Assembly: GCA_039630545.1 (NCBI GenBank)
Contig: JBCNUU010000001.1
Location: forward strand, 32,001 to 96,000
Direction of reading: 5' to 3'
Source: Endomicrobiia bacterium
GTDB taxonomy: Bacteria; Elusimicrobiota; Endomicrobiia; DTEH01
Length of the DNA stretch: 64,000 nucleotides
Part shown: piece by piece, positions 29,387 through 37,676 of the stretch
Position numbering within the stretch: position 1 is the stretch's first letter
Layout: every line of letters begins with the position of its first letter
The notes under the pieces: generated by a model
What the model was told of the DNA's origin: nothing
Database searches by the model: none
The model's input: the letters and a program-made list of their open reading frames with translations, nothing else
Program-made: the position numbers and the translations under genes

Positions 29387-29777
29387 AGAGGAAAGTCCAA
29401 TTTTCCTACCTGGCAGAATTTTCTGCCAGGTAAAAAATGCAGTTAGCGAGGGTAGGGCGTTTTATGGAAATTTTTTAGACCATAAAATCTCTACCTGAAG
29501 CTAACCGCTACTTTCTTTAAAAGAAAGTAGCAGAGGTGCGAACAGAGACGCACTTACCCGTAAGGGTAAGTGGGTTCTATATTAAAGAGAAATTCTCTTT
29601 AATATAGGACTAGTCCTAACAAAATTCTTTCTTTAAAGAAAGAATTGAGTTAGGGGTGAAACGGCTAAATCCTTGCAGGAAACAAGGCCAAAAATATGGT
29701 GGGCCGCAGTAGACGAATGATGCCGTCTCGCTTAATAGCGAGATACAGAAATTGGCTTACTTCTGTATTTTGTTGTA
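29340..29777 (+). ncRNA. rnpB: RNase P RNA, atypical structure
   Basis: CR-I GAGGAAAGTCC (29388-29398), CR-II ACAGAGA, CR-III GGTGAAAC, CR-IV TAGACGAATG and CR-V ACAGAAATTGGCTTA (29745-29759). P1 is a perfect 18 bp (29340-29357/29760-29777). P2 ggcatc/gatgcc, P4 with bulged U, P15 ggcc/ggcc with loop GGU, and P19 are present. Mature ends are approximate. Confidence 0.95.
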
Positions 29778-29793
29778 AGAAATATATTGATAC

Positions 29794-30876
29794 ATGAATC
29801 TATTTACAGCAAAAAAAGTTGTAGGGTTAGACATAGGTTCCAAATGTATAAAAGTAGTTGCTTTAAACAAAAAAATTGATAGATATCGGTTAATGAGTTG
29901 GGAAGTAGCAGATTTACCTGATGAAATAGTTTCTATAGAAACTCCCCATGAAAAAAGAAATCCCATAATAATAGAAATTATAAAAGATATTTTTTCAAGA
30001 AACAAAAAACTATCAAAAAAAGTTAATATATCTGTATCAGGCCCTTCAGTAATAATAAGATATATAAAACTTCCTATAATGACAAAAGAAGAACTCTCAA
30101 AATCTATTTTGTTAGAAGTAGAACCTTTTATTCCATTCCCTTTGTCTGAAATATACTTGGGTTTTGATGTAATAGGAGAAGTGGTAGATGAAGGTGTAAA
30201 AAAAAATGAAGTTGTAATAGCGGCAGCTAAAAAAGAAATAGTTGATGCTAAACTTGACATTTTAAGACAGCTTAAATTTACACCTAAATTTATAGATGTG
30301 GATGCCTTCGTATTAGAGAGAGTTATTGGATATAATTATGATATAAATAATGATGTAGTATGTGTGATTAACATTGGAGCTAATGTCACGAATGTGAATA
30401 TTATAGAAAACGGTATAACTAAAGTGTGTAGAGATTTATCATTAGGTATGTACTATATTATAAACGAGATAAAAAAGACTACACAATTACAAAATAAAGA
30501 TATTCTTAAATATTTAAAAACAGATGGTCTGATTTTAAATGAACAAAAAAAAGAGGAATATATCTTACAGGATAAAAAGTTAGAATTAAATATCTCAAAA
30601 ATTTTACTCTCTTTGTTAAAAGAGATTGTAACCGAGGTAAGAAAAATTATAGATTTTTACTATTTTCAAAAAGGTGAACAAAAACCAATTTCAAAGATTT
30701 TCTTAAATGGTGGTGGATGTGTTATAAATGAATTGGTTAGTTATTTTAATAGTGAATTTAAGATAGATGTTGAAATTTTAGATCCTTTCAAAAAAATAGA
30801 TAATGCTGAAGATGTGCCTGAAGAAGTTAGACCAGTTTTAAGTACTGCCGTAGGTTTAGCGATGAGGCAAACATGA
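29794..30876 (+). CDS. pilM: Type IV pilus assembly protein PilM
   Basis: VGLDIGS..IK, PFP..E..L.F, NIGA..T, L.GGG and AVGLAMR motifs. Confidence 0.93.
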   Translation: MNLFTAKKVVGLDIGSKCIKVVALNKKIDRYRLMSWEVADLPDEIVSIETPHEKRNPIIIEIIKDIFSRNKKLSKKVNISVSGPSVIIRYIKLPIMTKEELSKSILLEVEPFIPFPLSEIYLGFDVIGEVVDEGVKKNEVVIAAAKKEIVDAKLDILRQLKFTPKFIDVDAFVLERVIGYNYDINNDVVCVINIGANVTNVNIIENGITKVCRDLSLGMYYIINEIKKTTQLQNKDILKYLKTDGLILNEQKKEEYILQDKKLELNISKILLSLLKEIVTEVRKIIDFYYFQKGEQKPISKIFLNGGGCVINELVSYFNSEFKIDVEILDPFKKIDNAEDVPEEVRPVLSTAVGLAMRQT

Positions 30877-31451
30877 TAAGTATTAATCTTTTACCAAAAG
30901 AAATAGAAGAATACCAAAAGTTTAAAGAGTTGGTAAGTTTAGTTAGTGTAGGAGTAATTTTTGTTGGAGTTATAATGTTTGTGTTTTATTTTTTACGTGT
31001 TTCTAAGCTTACAATGTTGAATTTTGAGTTGTCCAGAATAGAACATAAACTTAAACAACTTGAAGATGTTGTAAAGAAAGTTGAAGAACTAAAAGCTACA
31101 AAAAGAAATCTTGAAGCGAAAAAACAATTAGTAGAGCGTTTGTTATCTAATGGGTTGATTTATCCAAAATTTATGACAGAGTTGTTGAAGGTTTTACCTG
31201 ATGGCATATGGTTTTCCAATATGAATACAACTTTGGTTACTAATCCCGCTGATCCTGAAAAAAAAATTACAGGTATAAAAGTAAATTTAACATGTTTTTC
31301 TTACGATAAGTTTTCTATTGCAGATTTTTTAGATAATCTTGAAAATTCAGAAAAATTTACAAATGTAGTTTTGGGCCCTATTAACATATCTCAGCAGGAT
31401 AAATATGAGCTGCATAATTTTATAGTTGAATTTAGTTATAAAGTTGAATAA
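30873..31451 (+). CDS. pilN: Type IV pilus assembly protein PilN
   Basis: INLLP N-terminal motif, TM, coiled coil, PDGIW. Confidence 0.93.
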   Translation: MISINLLPKEIEEYQKFKELVSLVSVGVIFVGVIMFVFYFLRVSKLTMLNFELSRIEHKLKQLEDVVKKVEELKATKRNLEAKKQLVERLLSNGLIYPKFMTELLKVLPDGIWFSNMNTTLVTNPADPEKKITGIKVNLTCFSYDKFSIADFLDNLENSEKFTNVVLGPINISQQDKYELHNFIVEFSYKVE

Positions 31452-31457
31452 TTATAT

Positions 31458-32006
31458 ATGAAAAAACAACAGCAAACACTGATAGGAATTATTGTAGCAT
31501 TTGGAATATTTGTTCTTTTTTACTTTAGAGTGTTACTACTACCTCTAAACAAAAAAATATCAGAAAAAATAAGATTAATAGGTGAAAAAAATAAAAAACT
31601 ACAGGAAGCAATACTTCTTCAAGAAAGTTTACCTTTATTACAACAACAAACTGAAGCTTTAAAAATTCAAGTTGCTGATCTGGAAAAAAAATTGCCTAAC
31701 AAACCTGATATTCCCGAACTAATTAAAATTATAAGTAGAGTTTCTTCTTACTATAATATAAAAATCTCAAATATTACTACTAAAGAAATGGATACATCTG
31801 CTAAAGATTATAATGAAATCCCTTTTAGTATCAGTTTTACTACTAATTATCATAATTTAGCACAATTTTTAGCAAGTATTGCTCAGGAAAAAAGAATTTT
31901 TGCAGCTAGGGATTTAGTATTAACATATTCTGCTGGAAGTTCTGCTGGAAGTAAAGATAATTATTTAAATATAAGCGGGGTTATTTTTTCTTATGTTCTT
32001 AAATAG
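31458..32006 (+). CDS. pilO: Type IV pilus assembly protein PilO
   Basis: TM, coiled coil, LP...IP.L, EIP.......YH.L..F; operon position. Confidence 0.9.
   Translation: MKKQQQTLIGIIVAFGIFVLFYFRVLLLPLNKKISEKIRLIGEKNKKLQEAILLQESLPLLQQQTEALKIQVADLEKKLPNKPDIPELIKIISRVSSYYNIKISNITTKEMDTSAKDYNEIPFSISFTTNYHNLAQFLASIAQEKRIFAARDLVLTYSAGSSAGSKDNYLNISGVIFSYVLK
31929..31952 (+). repeat. In-frame 12-bp tandem duplication in pilO (SAGS SAGS)
   Basis: tctgctggaagt occurs twice in succession. Confidence 0.8.
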
Positions 32007-32015
32007 GATAAAAAA

Positions 32016-32504
32016 ATGAGATTAGTTTTAATAACAATTTTATTATTTTTTTCCTGCAAAAAAGATACTAAAAAAGTAGAACCTTCACAGTTCAGACAGC
32101 TTCCTGTAAAAATAGAAACAAAAGAAATTACTACTGTAACTGGTTTAGACACAATACCTTCAAAATATGTATATGAAGGTTTATCATATCGAGATCCATT
32201 TGTGCCAATTTCTCCAGAAAAAATAGCAAAATCATCTCTTTTTTCGACTGGAGAGGCCAAAATTCCTTCCCTAGGAATTTTGCAATTAAAAGGTTTTATA
32301 GTTGACAAAAAAGAACAATTGGCCTTATTTAGTAGTCCATATGGAAGATATATTCTTTATAATGGTAAACTTTATGATAACCAAAACAGGTTAGTTAGAG
32401 GTTTTAGTGGAAAAATAATTTTTAATAAGAATACAAAACAACCTGAAGGTGTAATCTTAATAGATGAAAATGATGAATATAAAGAATATGTATTATCCAG
32501 ATAA
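32016..32504 (+). CDS. pilP: PilP-like lipoprotein
   Basis: Lipobox FFSC, Y....RDPF.P motif; lies between pilO and pilQ. Confidence 0.8.
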   Translation: MRLVLITILLFFSCKKDTKKVEPSQFRQLPVKIETKEITTVTGLDTIPSKYVYEGLSYRDPFVPISPEKIAKSSLFSTGEAKIPSLGILQLKGFIVDKKEQLALFSSPYGRYILYNGKLYDNQNRLVRGFSGKIIFNKNTKQPEGVILIDENDEYKEYVLSR

Positions 32505-32532
32505 TTTTTTAAAAATAATTTTTGGAGGAAAT

Positions 32533-34425
32533 ATGAAGATATTACTTGTTTTTACATTGTTTTTTATTCTTACTGTATCTAAAGGAAATAGTCAAACTGA
32601 TAACTTAACATTATCACAGAAGGAAGCGCTACAAGAAATAACAGAGGTAACAGATATAATTGTCTCTGAGCAATTAGTAACTGTGGTATGTAGTACTGTT
32701 CCGAAATTTTCAAAATTCTACCTGGATTCTCCACCCAGGGTTGTTGTGGATATAAAAGGAATATTAAAATTTGAAAAAGAGGAAGTTTTAGTTACCAGCA
32801 GTTATATTAAAAGGGTAAGAGTAAAACAATTTAAAACAGAACCAGAAAAAGTAGTAAGGGTTGTGTTAGATTTAATTAAAAAATATCCATATAAAGTGGA
32901 AACTAAAAACTATAATATCCTTGTAAGTGTTATTCCGCCTGTAATGAAGGTAGTAAAGCAAGAATCTCCTTCACAGCAAAAATTTAAACAGGAAGTTCCT
33001 TCGGAAGAAGAAGAGGTGAGTAGCCAGGTTATAGAAGAGACTTCTTCAGTACAACCTTCTGTTTCTCAACAAGAAAAAATTTTACAACCGCAGCAGAAGA
33101 CAAAAGCTTTAACACAGAAAAAAAATTCTACAAAAAAAGAAGAAATATTAGAAAAAAAGCCATCTTTACCTAAGGTGATGGTCACTTTAGAATGTGTAGA
33201 TGCGGATATAACTGATGTTTTACAAATGCTGGCGATAAAAGCTGATGTGAATATAATCTATGGGCCAGATGTTACCGGAAAGATTACTATAAGTTTAAGA
33301 AACGTTCCATTTGATAAAGCTTTTGAAAATATATTAAGAATTAGTAAACTTGCTTATATTCAGGTAGCTGAAAATGTAATAAGAGTTGGAACTCCTCAGA
33401 CACTTGAACAAGAAAGAGCTATGCAAGTAGTGTATACTAAAATTTTCCCTTTAAACTATGCAGTAGCAGATGATGTTAAAATGTACCTTGAACAGATAAG
33501 ACAGGCAGAAGGAAGAACCAAAGGTATGATTGCTGTAGATAAAAGGACAAACTCTTTGATAGTTACAGAAAGCGAAGAGGGTCTGAAGTATATAGAGGAA
33601 TGGATAAAAAAATTAGATACTAAACCTTATCAGGTTTCTATTGAAGCTCAAGTGATAGATATCTCTATAGATGATCTGTCAGAACTTGGTGTTCAATGGG
33701 GTGTAAGAAGTGTTGAGACTCAGCCTGGTAGCGGAGTTAACTATACATTAGAACAAGTAGGTGGAGCAGGAGTTACAGTAAGTGAAGTAAATGCCACAGC
33801 AAGAGAAGTCCAGTCTTCTATGTTGGTTGCTCCAACAGGAGCTCCTATTGAAAGTGCTGTATTTTTATTTGGGAAATTTACAGATGCCCTAGCAATTTCA
33901 GGAAGGTTAGCTATGCTTATAACACAGGGGAAAGCAAAAGTTTTGTCAAATCCAAGAGTTACAACTATGAACAATAAAACAGCAGTTATTATTGCTGGAG
34001 AAAAAATTCCTTATAAGTCAGCTGTTACTCAAACTACAACTGGAGCAGGAACTGGAGTTGGTCAAACTGTTCAAGAAACCTGGGAATATATTAATGCTGG
34101 AATTCAGCTTACAGTTACTCCAACAGTAAGTCCTGATGGATGGATCACTCTTAATGTTAAGCCTCAAGTGGATATTCCTCAAATTTCAGCACCGGGTGTG
34201 CCTCCTACTGTTAAATCCAGACAAACAGAGGTAACAGTGATGGTAAAAAATAACGAACCTTTAATAATAGGTGGTCTTATTTCTGATTCAGATATAGACG
34301 CCATCAAAAAGATTCCACTATTAGGTGACTTACCTATATTAGGATATCTTTTTAAATATAAAACATCTACTAAAAGAAGAACAGAACTCATAATTCTCAT
34401 TACACCCAGAATTATAGAAAATTAA
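32533..34425 (+). CDS. pilQ: Type IV pilus secretin PilQ
   Basis: SD ggagg before ATG 32533; AMIN domain (PPRVVVDI), N-domains, secretin C-terminus (KIPLLGDLPILGYLF...ELIILITPRII). Confidence 0.93.
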   Translation: MKILLVFTLFFILTVSKGNSQTDNLTLSQKEALQEITEVTDIIVSEQLVTVVCSTVPKFSKFYLDSPPRVVVDIKGILKFEKEEVLVTSSYIKRVRVKQFKTEPEKVVRVVLDLIKKYPYKVETKNYNILVSVIPPVMKVVKQESPSQQKFKQEVPSEEEEVSSQVIEETSSVQPSVSQQEKILQPQQKTKALTQKKNSTKKEEILEKKPSLPKVMVTLECVDADITDVLQMLAIKADVNIIYGPDVTGKITISLRNVPFDKAFENILRISKLAYIQVAENVIRVGTPQTLEQERAMQVVYTKIFPLNYAVADDVKMYLEQIRQAEGRTKGMIAVDKRTNSLIVTESEEGLKYIEEWIKKLDTKPYQVSIEAQVIDISIDDLSELGVQWGVRSVETQPGSGVNYTLEQVGGAGVTVSEVNATAREVQSSMLVAPTGAPIESAVFLFGKFTDALAISGRLAMLITQGKAKVLSNPRVTTMNNKTAVIIAGEKIPYKSAVTQTTTGAGTGVGQTVQETWEYINAGIQLTVTPTVSPDGWITLNVKPQVDIPQISAPGVPPTVKSRQTEVTVMVKNNEPLIIGGLISDSDIDAIKKIPLLGDLPILGYLFKYKTSTKRRTELIILITPRIIEN

Positions 34426-34476
34426 ATTTTTTCATATCTTTTTTTCAGAAATTTTATTTTTAAGTTCTTCTCTTAA

Positions 34477-35943
34477 ATGACAAATTTTAATTTCAAAGAT
34501 TGTGCTTCGAATTTGAAAAATCTGTTCATTATTTTATTTTTTATAGCTTCCGTATTTTTATTCAGTAGTGTATCTGCTATTTCTAAATTAATACTTTTTG
34601 TAGTTTTGATTTTTATATTTTTTATTAATATTTATATTAAAAAATTCAACTATACTTCATTTAACCCGACATTTCTAATTTTTTTAGTATATCTTTTTAT
34701 TAACACTTTTTTATTTTCAAAAATACCTTCTGAGAGCAAATTTGAACTTTTGAATTTCCTCTTGTATGGAGCAGTTTTTTATATTTTTTCTGATTTAGAA
34801 GATATCAATAAAGATGTTTTGCATTTTAGTTTTTTTTTAGTATTGTCTATTTTTTTGATGTTATACATTTTTTACAAAGAAAAAGCTATTTATTTTTTTG
34901 TATATAATCCTAATGTTTTTTCTGGATGGTGTATATTAGTATTTTTATTTTCGTTGGTTAATATTGTGTATAGTATTCCTTCAAAATTTGTAATTTTTTT
35001 GAAATTTAACTTAATAGCTTCATTTGTATTTTTAATTTTATTAAGAAACATTTCAGGAATATTTGTGTCTTTAATTTTTTTAAATTTTTTGTTTTTTAAG
35101 AAATGGAGTTTGTTTCTTTTAGTTTTGATTTTTGGTTTGTCTTTGGGTGTGGTTTTTAATTTTACAAGTATTCTGGATAGAATAATTTGGTTTGTGGTGG
35201 GTATAAAAATGTGGGTAGATAACCCAGTATTTGGTGCTGGATTAGGGAGTTTTAAATTTGGGTATCCTTATTATTCTTACAATCTACCTTTATCTTCTTC
35301 AGCTACTACGTTTGTTCACAGTTATTTTTTACATATTTTTGTAGAAACAGGAATTGTAGGTGGATTTTTTTTAATATTTTTTATTTTAAGTGTTTTTATA
35401 AAAAGTTTTAATTTTATAGAAAGTAGAATTTACCTTTTGCCTGCTTTAGGGATTCTACTTCAAAATTTAATAGATTATAATCTTTTGATACCACAAAATA
35501 GCATAATTTTTTTTTCGTTTTTGGGTTTATCACAAAGACAACATATTATTAAAGAAAATAAAGCTTTATTTATAAAGAAAATTTTTATGATTGTTTTTTT
35601 AATTTTGTTAGGAGTTTATAACTCTTTTTATTTTCATAAAATTATGATATTAATAAGAAAAAATGATTTTCAAAAGGTAGTTAACATAGATAAAACCTGC
35701 TGGTATGCTTATAGAAAGTTAGGTGAAAAAGAATTTCATATAAGAAGTTACAAAGAAGCAGAAAAGTATTTTTTAGCTAGTCTAAAATACAATCCGTTTG
35801 ATGCTGAAAGTTATTTTTACTTATCAGTTATAAGTTTGAAACTTGGACAAGTCGAGTGGGCTTATAAATATCTTAAAAAGGCAATTAGACTTAACCCTAA
35901 AGCATCTGTGAGATATAAAAAAGAGTTAGAAAAAGAAATTTAA
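34477..35943 (+). CDS. O-antigen ligase/O-oligosaccharyltransferase-like membrane protein with TPR tail
   Basis: NPN, R...W...P.FG.G.G.F and H..FL....ETGIVG Wzy_C motifs; C-terminal TPRs. Confidence 0.8.
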   Translation: MTNFNFKDCASNLKNLFIILFFIASVFLFSSVSAISKLILFVVLIFIFFINIYIKKFNYTSFNPTFLIFLVYLFINTFLFSKIPSESKFELLNFLLYGAVFYIFSDLEDINKDVLHFSFFLVLSIFLMLYIFYKEKAIYFFVYNPNVFSGWCILVFLFSLVNIVYSIPSKFVIFLKFNLIASFVFLILLRNISGIFVSLIFLNFLFFKKWSLFLLVLIFGLSLGVVFNFTSILDRIIWFVVGIKMWVDNPVFGAGLGSFKFGYPYYSYNLPLSSSATTFVHSYFLHIFVETGIVGGFFLIFFILSVFIKSFNFIESRIYLLPALGILLQNLIDYNLLIPQNSIIFFSFLGLSQRQHIIKENKALFIKKIFMIVFLILLGVYNSFYFHKIMILIRKNDFQKVVNIDKTCWYAYRKLGEKEFHIRSYKEAEKYFLASLKYNPFDAESYFYLSVISLKLGQVEWAYKYLKKAIRLNPKASVRYKKELEKEI

Positions 35944-35946
35944 AAG

Positions 35947-36681
35947 ATGAACTATTTTTTACTTTGTGCATATAACGAGTCAAAAAATATAACTGAAGTC
36001 ATAAAAAGTATAAAAGAAAATTTTAAACATGAAAATAAAATAGTAATAGTAAACGATGGTTCCAGTGATGATACAGAAATACAAATAAGAAAATGCTTAC
36101 AGAAATACAAAGATATAATTTTGCTAACTCATAAAAAAAATCTTGGATTAGGTAAAGCTTTAAAGACAGGTTTTATGTTTATTTTAAAAAGTAGGATGAA
36201 AGACGAAGATACTATTATAACTTTAGATGCTGACAACACCCATCCTGTAGAAATTGCAAACTTAATGATGGAAAAATTTTTAATGGGCTACGATTTAGTT
36301 ATAGCATCAAGATTTGTTAAGAATGCAAAACAACAAGGGGTACCATTTTTTAGAAAGTTATTGTCTTTGATGGCAAGGTTTATTTTTAAATATTTCTTTT
36401 ATCACCCTTTAGTTAAAGATTATACATCAGGATATCGACTTTATGGAGGAAAAATTTTAAACAGAGCTTATGCTTATTATAGAGAAAATCTTATCAAAGA
36501 AAAAGATTTTGTGGTGCAGTTAGAAATTTTAATAAAACTTTTGAAATTTAAACCAAAAGTTTATGAAGTGCCTATTGATATTAAATACTTTTTAAAATAT
36601 GGAAAAAGTAAATTAAAAATAGTAAAAAACATTATCTCTTATTTAAATTTTATAATCACATATTTTGCCAAAAATTTATGA
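35947..36681 (+). CDS. GT2 glycosyltransferase (polyprenol-phosphate mannose synthase-like)
   Basis: AYNE, VNDGSSD, LDADNTHP, IASRF and DYTSGYR motifs. Confidence 0.9.
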   Translation: MNYFLLCAYNESKNITEVIKSIKENFKHENKIVIVNDGSSDDTEIQIRKCLQKYKDIILLTHKKNLGLGKALKTGFMFILKSRMKDEDTIITLDADNTHPVEIANLMMEKFLMGYDLVIASRFVKNAKQQGVPFFRKLLSLMARFIFKYFFYHPLVKDYTSGYRLYGGKILNRAYAYYRENLIKEKDFVVQLEILIKLLKFKPKVYEVPIDIKYFLKYGKSKLKIVKNIISYLNFIITYFAKNL

Positions 36682-37676
36682 AAAACAGAAACTCTTATAC
36701 TGTTGGAATAGACATAGGTGGTACAACCACAAAAATCGGATTAGTTTTATACAAAAACAAAAATTTTATTTTAGAAAAATATAAAGAAATCACTACTTTA
36801 TGTGGAGAAAGAAATTTAGAAAAGATGCTAGAAATATTAGCTAATGAGATTAATAAATTCAAAAATGTTTCTGCTTGTGGAGTAGGTATGGCTGCATTAA
36901 TCAGAGTTAAAGATGGGATAATTATAAATGCTCCAAATGTTCTGTGGACAAAAGTAAATCTTAAGAAGAAACTTTATGAAAAAATAAAACTACCTGTGAT
37001 AATCGAAAATGATGCAAATGTAGCTACATTAGGTATATATAATGCTATAATAAAAAAGAAATACCCTGAAGTTAAAAACCTTGTGTGTTTTACTTTAGGT
37101 ACAGGTATAGGTGGAGGAATAATAATAAATGGAAAATTACTTGAAGGGACTTCAGCTACCGCTGCTGAAATTGGACACTGCATAATAGATATAAACGGTA
37201 AAAAATGTGGATGTGGAAGCTATGGCTGTGTTGAAAGATATATAGGAGCTAGGTGGTTTATAGAAGAAGTTATCCACCTACTTAAAAAAACAAAACCATC
37301 CACTATTTTGTATAAGATGGTGAATAATGATTTTACTTTGATTACTCCCAAAATATTATATGAAGCTGCACAAAAAAAAGATAAATTTTCTTTAGAACAA
37401 TGGAAGAAATTCGGAGAATATTTAGGAGTAGCAGTTAGTAACTTGATAAATATATTAAACCCAGAAATGATCGTTTTTACAGGTGGAGTTGCTAAAGCAA
37501 ATAAGTTTTTTTTACCTTACCTCAAAGAAAAAGTAAAATCGTCTTTTTGGCCTGTAATTTCTGGAAGCAAATATTCGCCTTTAAAGTATATAAAATATGT
37601 AACTGTAGCTGACAAAAAGATATATGGAGTTTTGGGTGCAGGAATTTTAGCTCATGAAAGTTTTCTCTCCTTATAA
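36678..37676 (+). CDS. ROK family sugar kinase (glucokinase-like)
   Basis: GIDIGGT, ENDAN, GTGIGGG and EIGH...CGCG..GC.E motifs; no HTH. Confidence 0.9.
   Translation: MKNRNSYTVGIDIGGTTTKIGLVLYKNKNFILEKYKEITTLCGERNLEKMLEILANEINKFKNVSACGVGMAALIRVKDGIIINAPNVLWTKVNLKKKLYEKIKLPVIIENDANVATLGIYNAIIKKKYPEVKNLVCFTLGTGIGGGIIINGKLLEGTSATAAEIGHCIIDINGKKCGCGSYGCVERYIGARWFIEEVIHLLKKTKPSTILYKMVNNDFTLITPKILYEAAQKKDKFSLEQWKKFGEYLGVAVSNLINILNPEMIVFTGGVAKANKFFLPYLKEKVKSSFWPVISGSKYSPLKYIKYVTVADKKIYGVLGAGILAHESFLSL

Noticed and set aside
29400..29660. Cluster of palindromes read as a CRISPR array, MITE or terminator set
   Set aside because: There is no repeat-spacer periodicity, and all hairpins fall between RNase P conserved regions and inside P1.
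29757..30260. 167-aa minus-strand ORF
   Set aside because: Antisense shadow of pilM with no motif.
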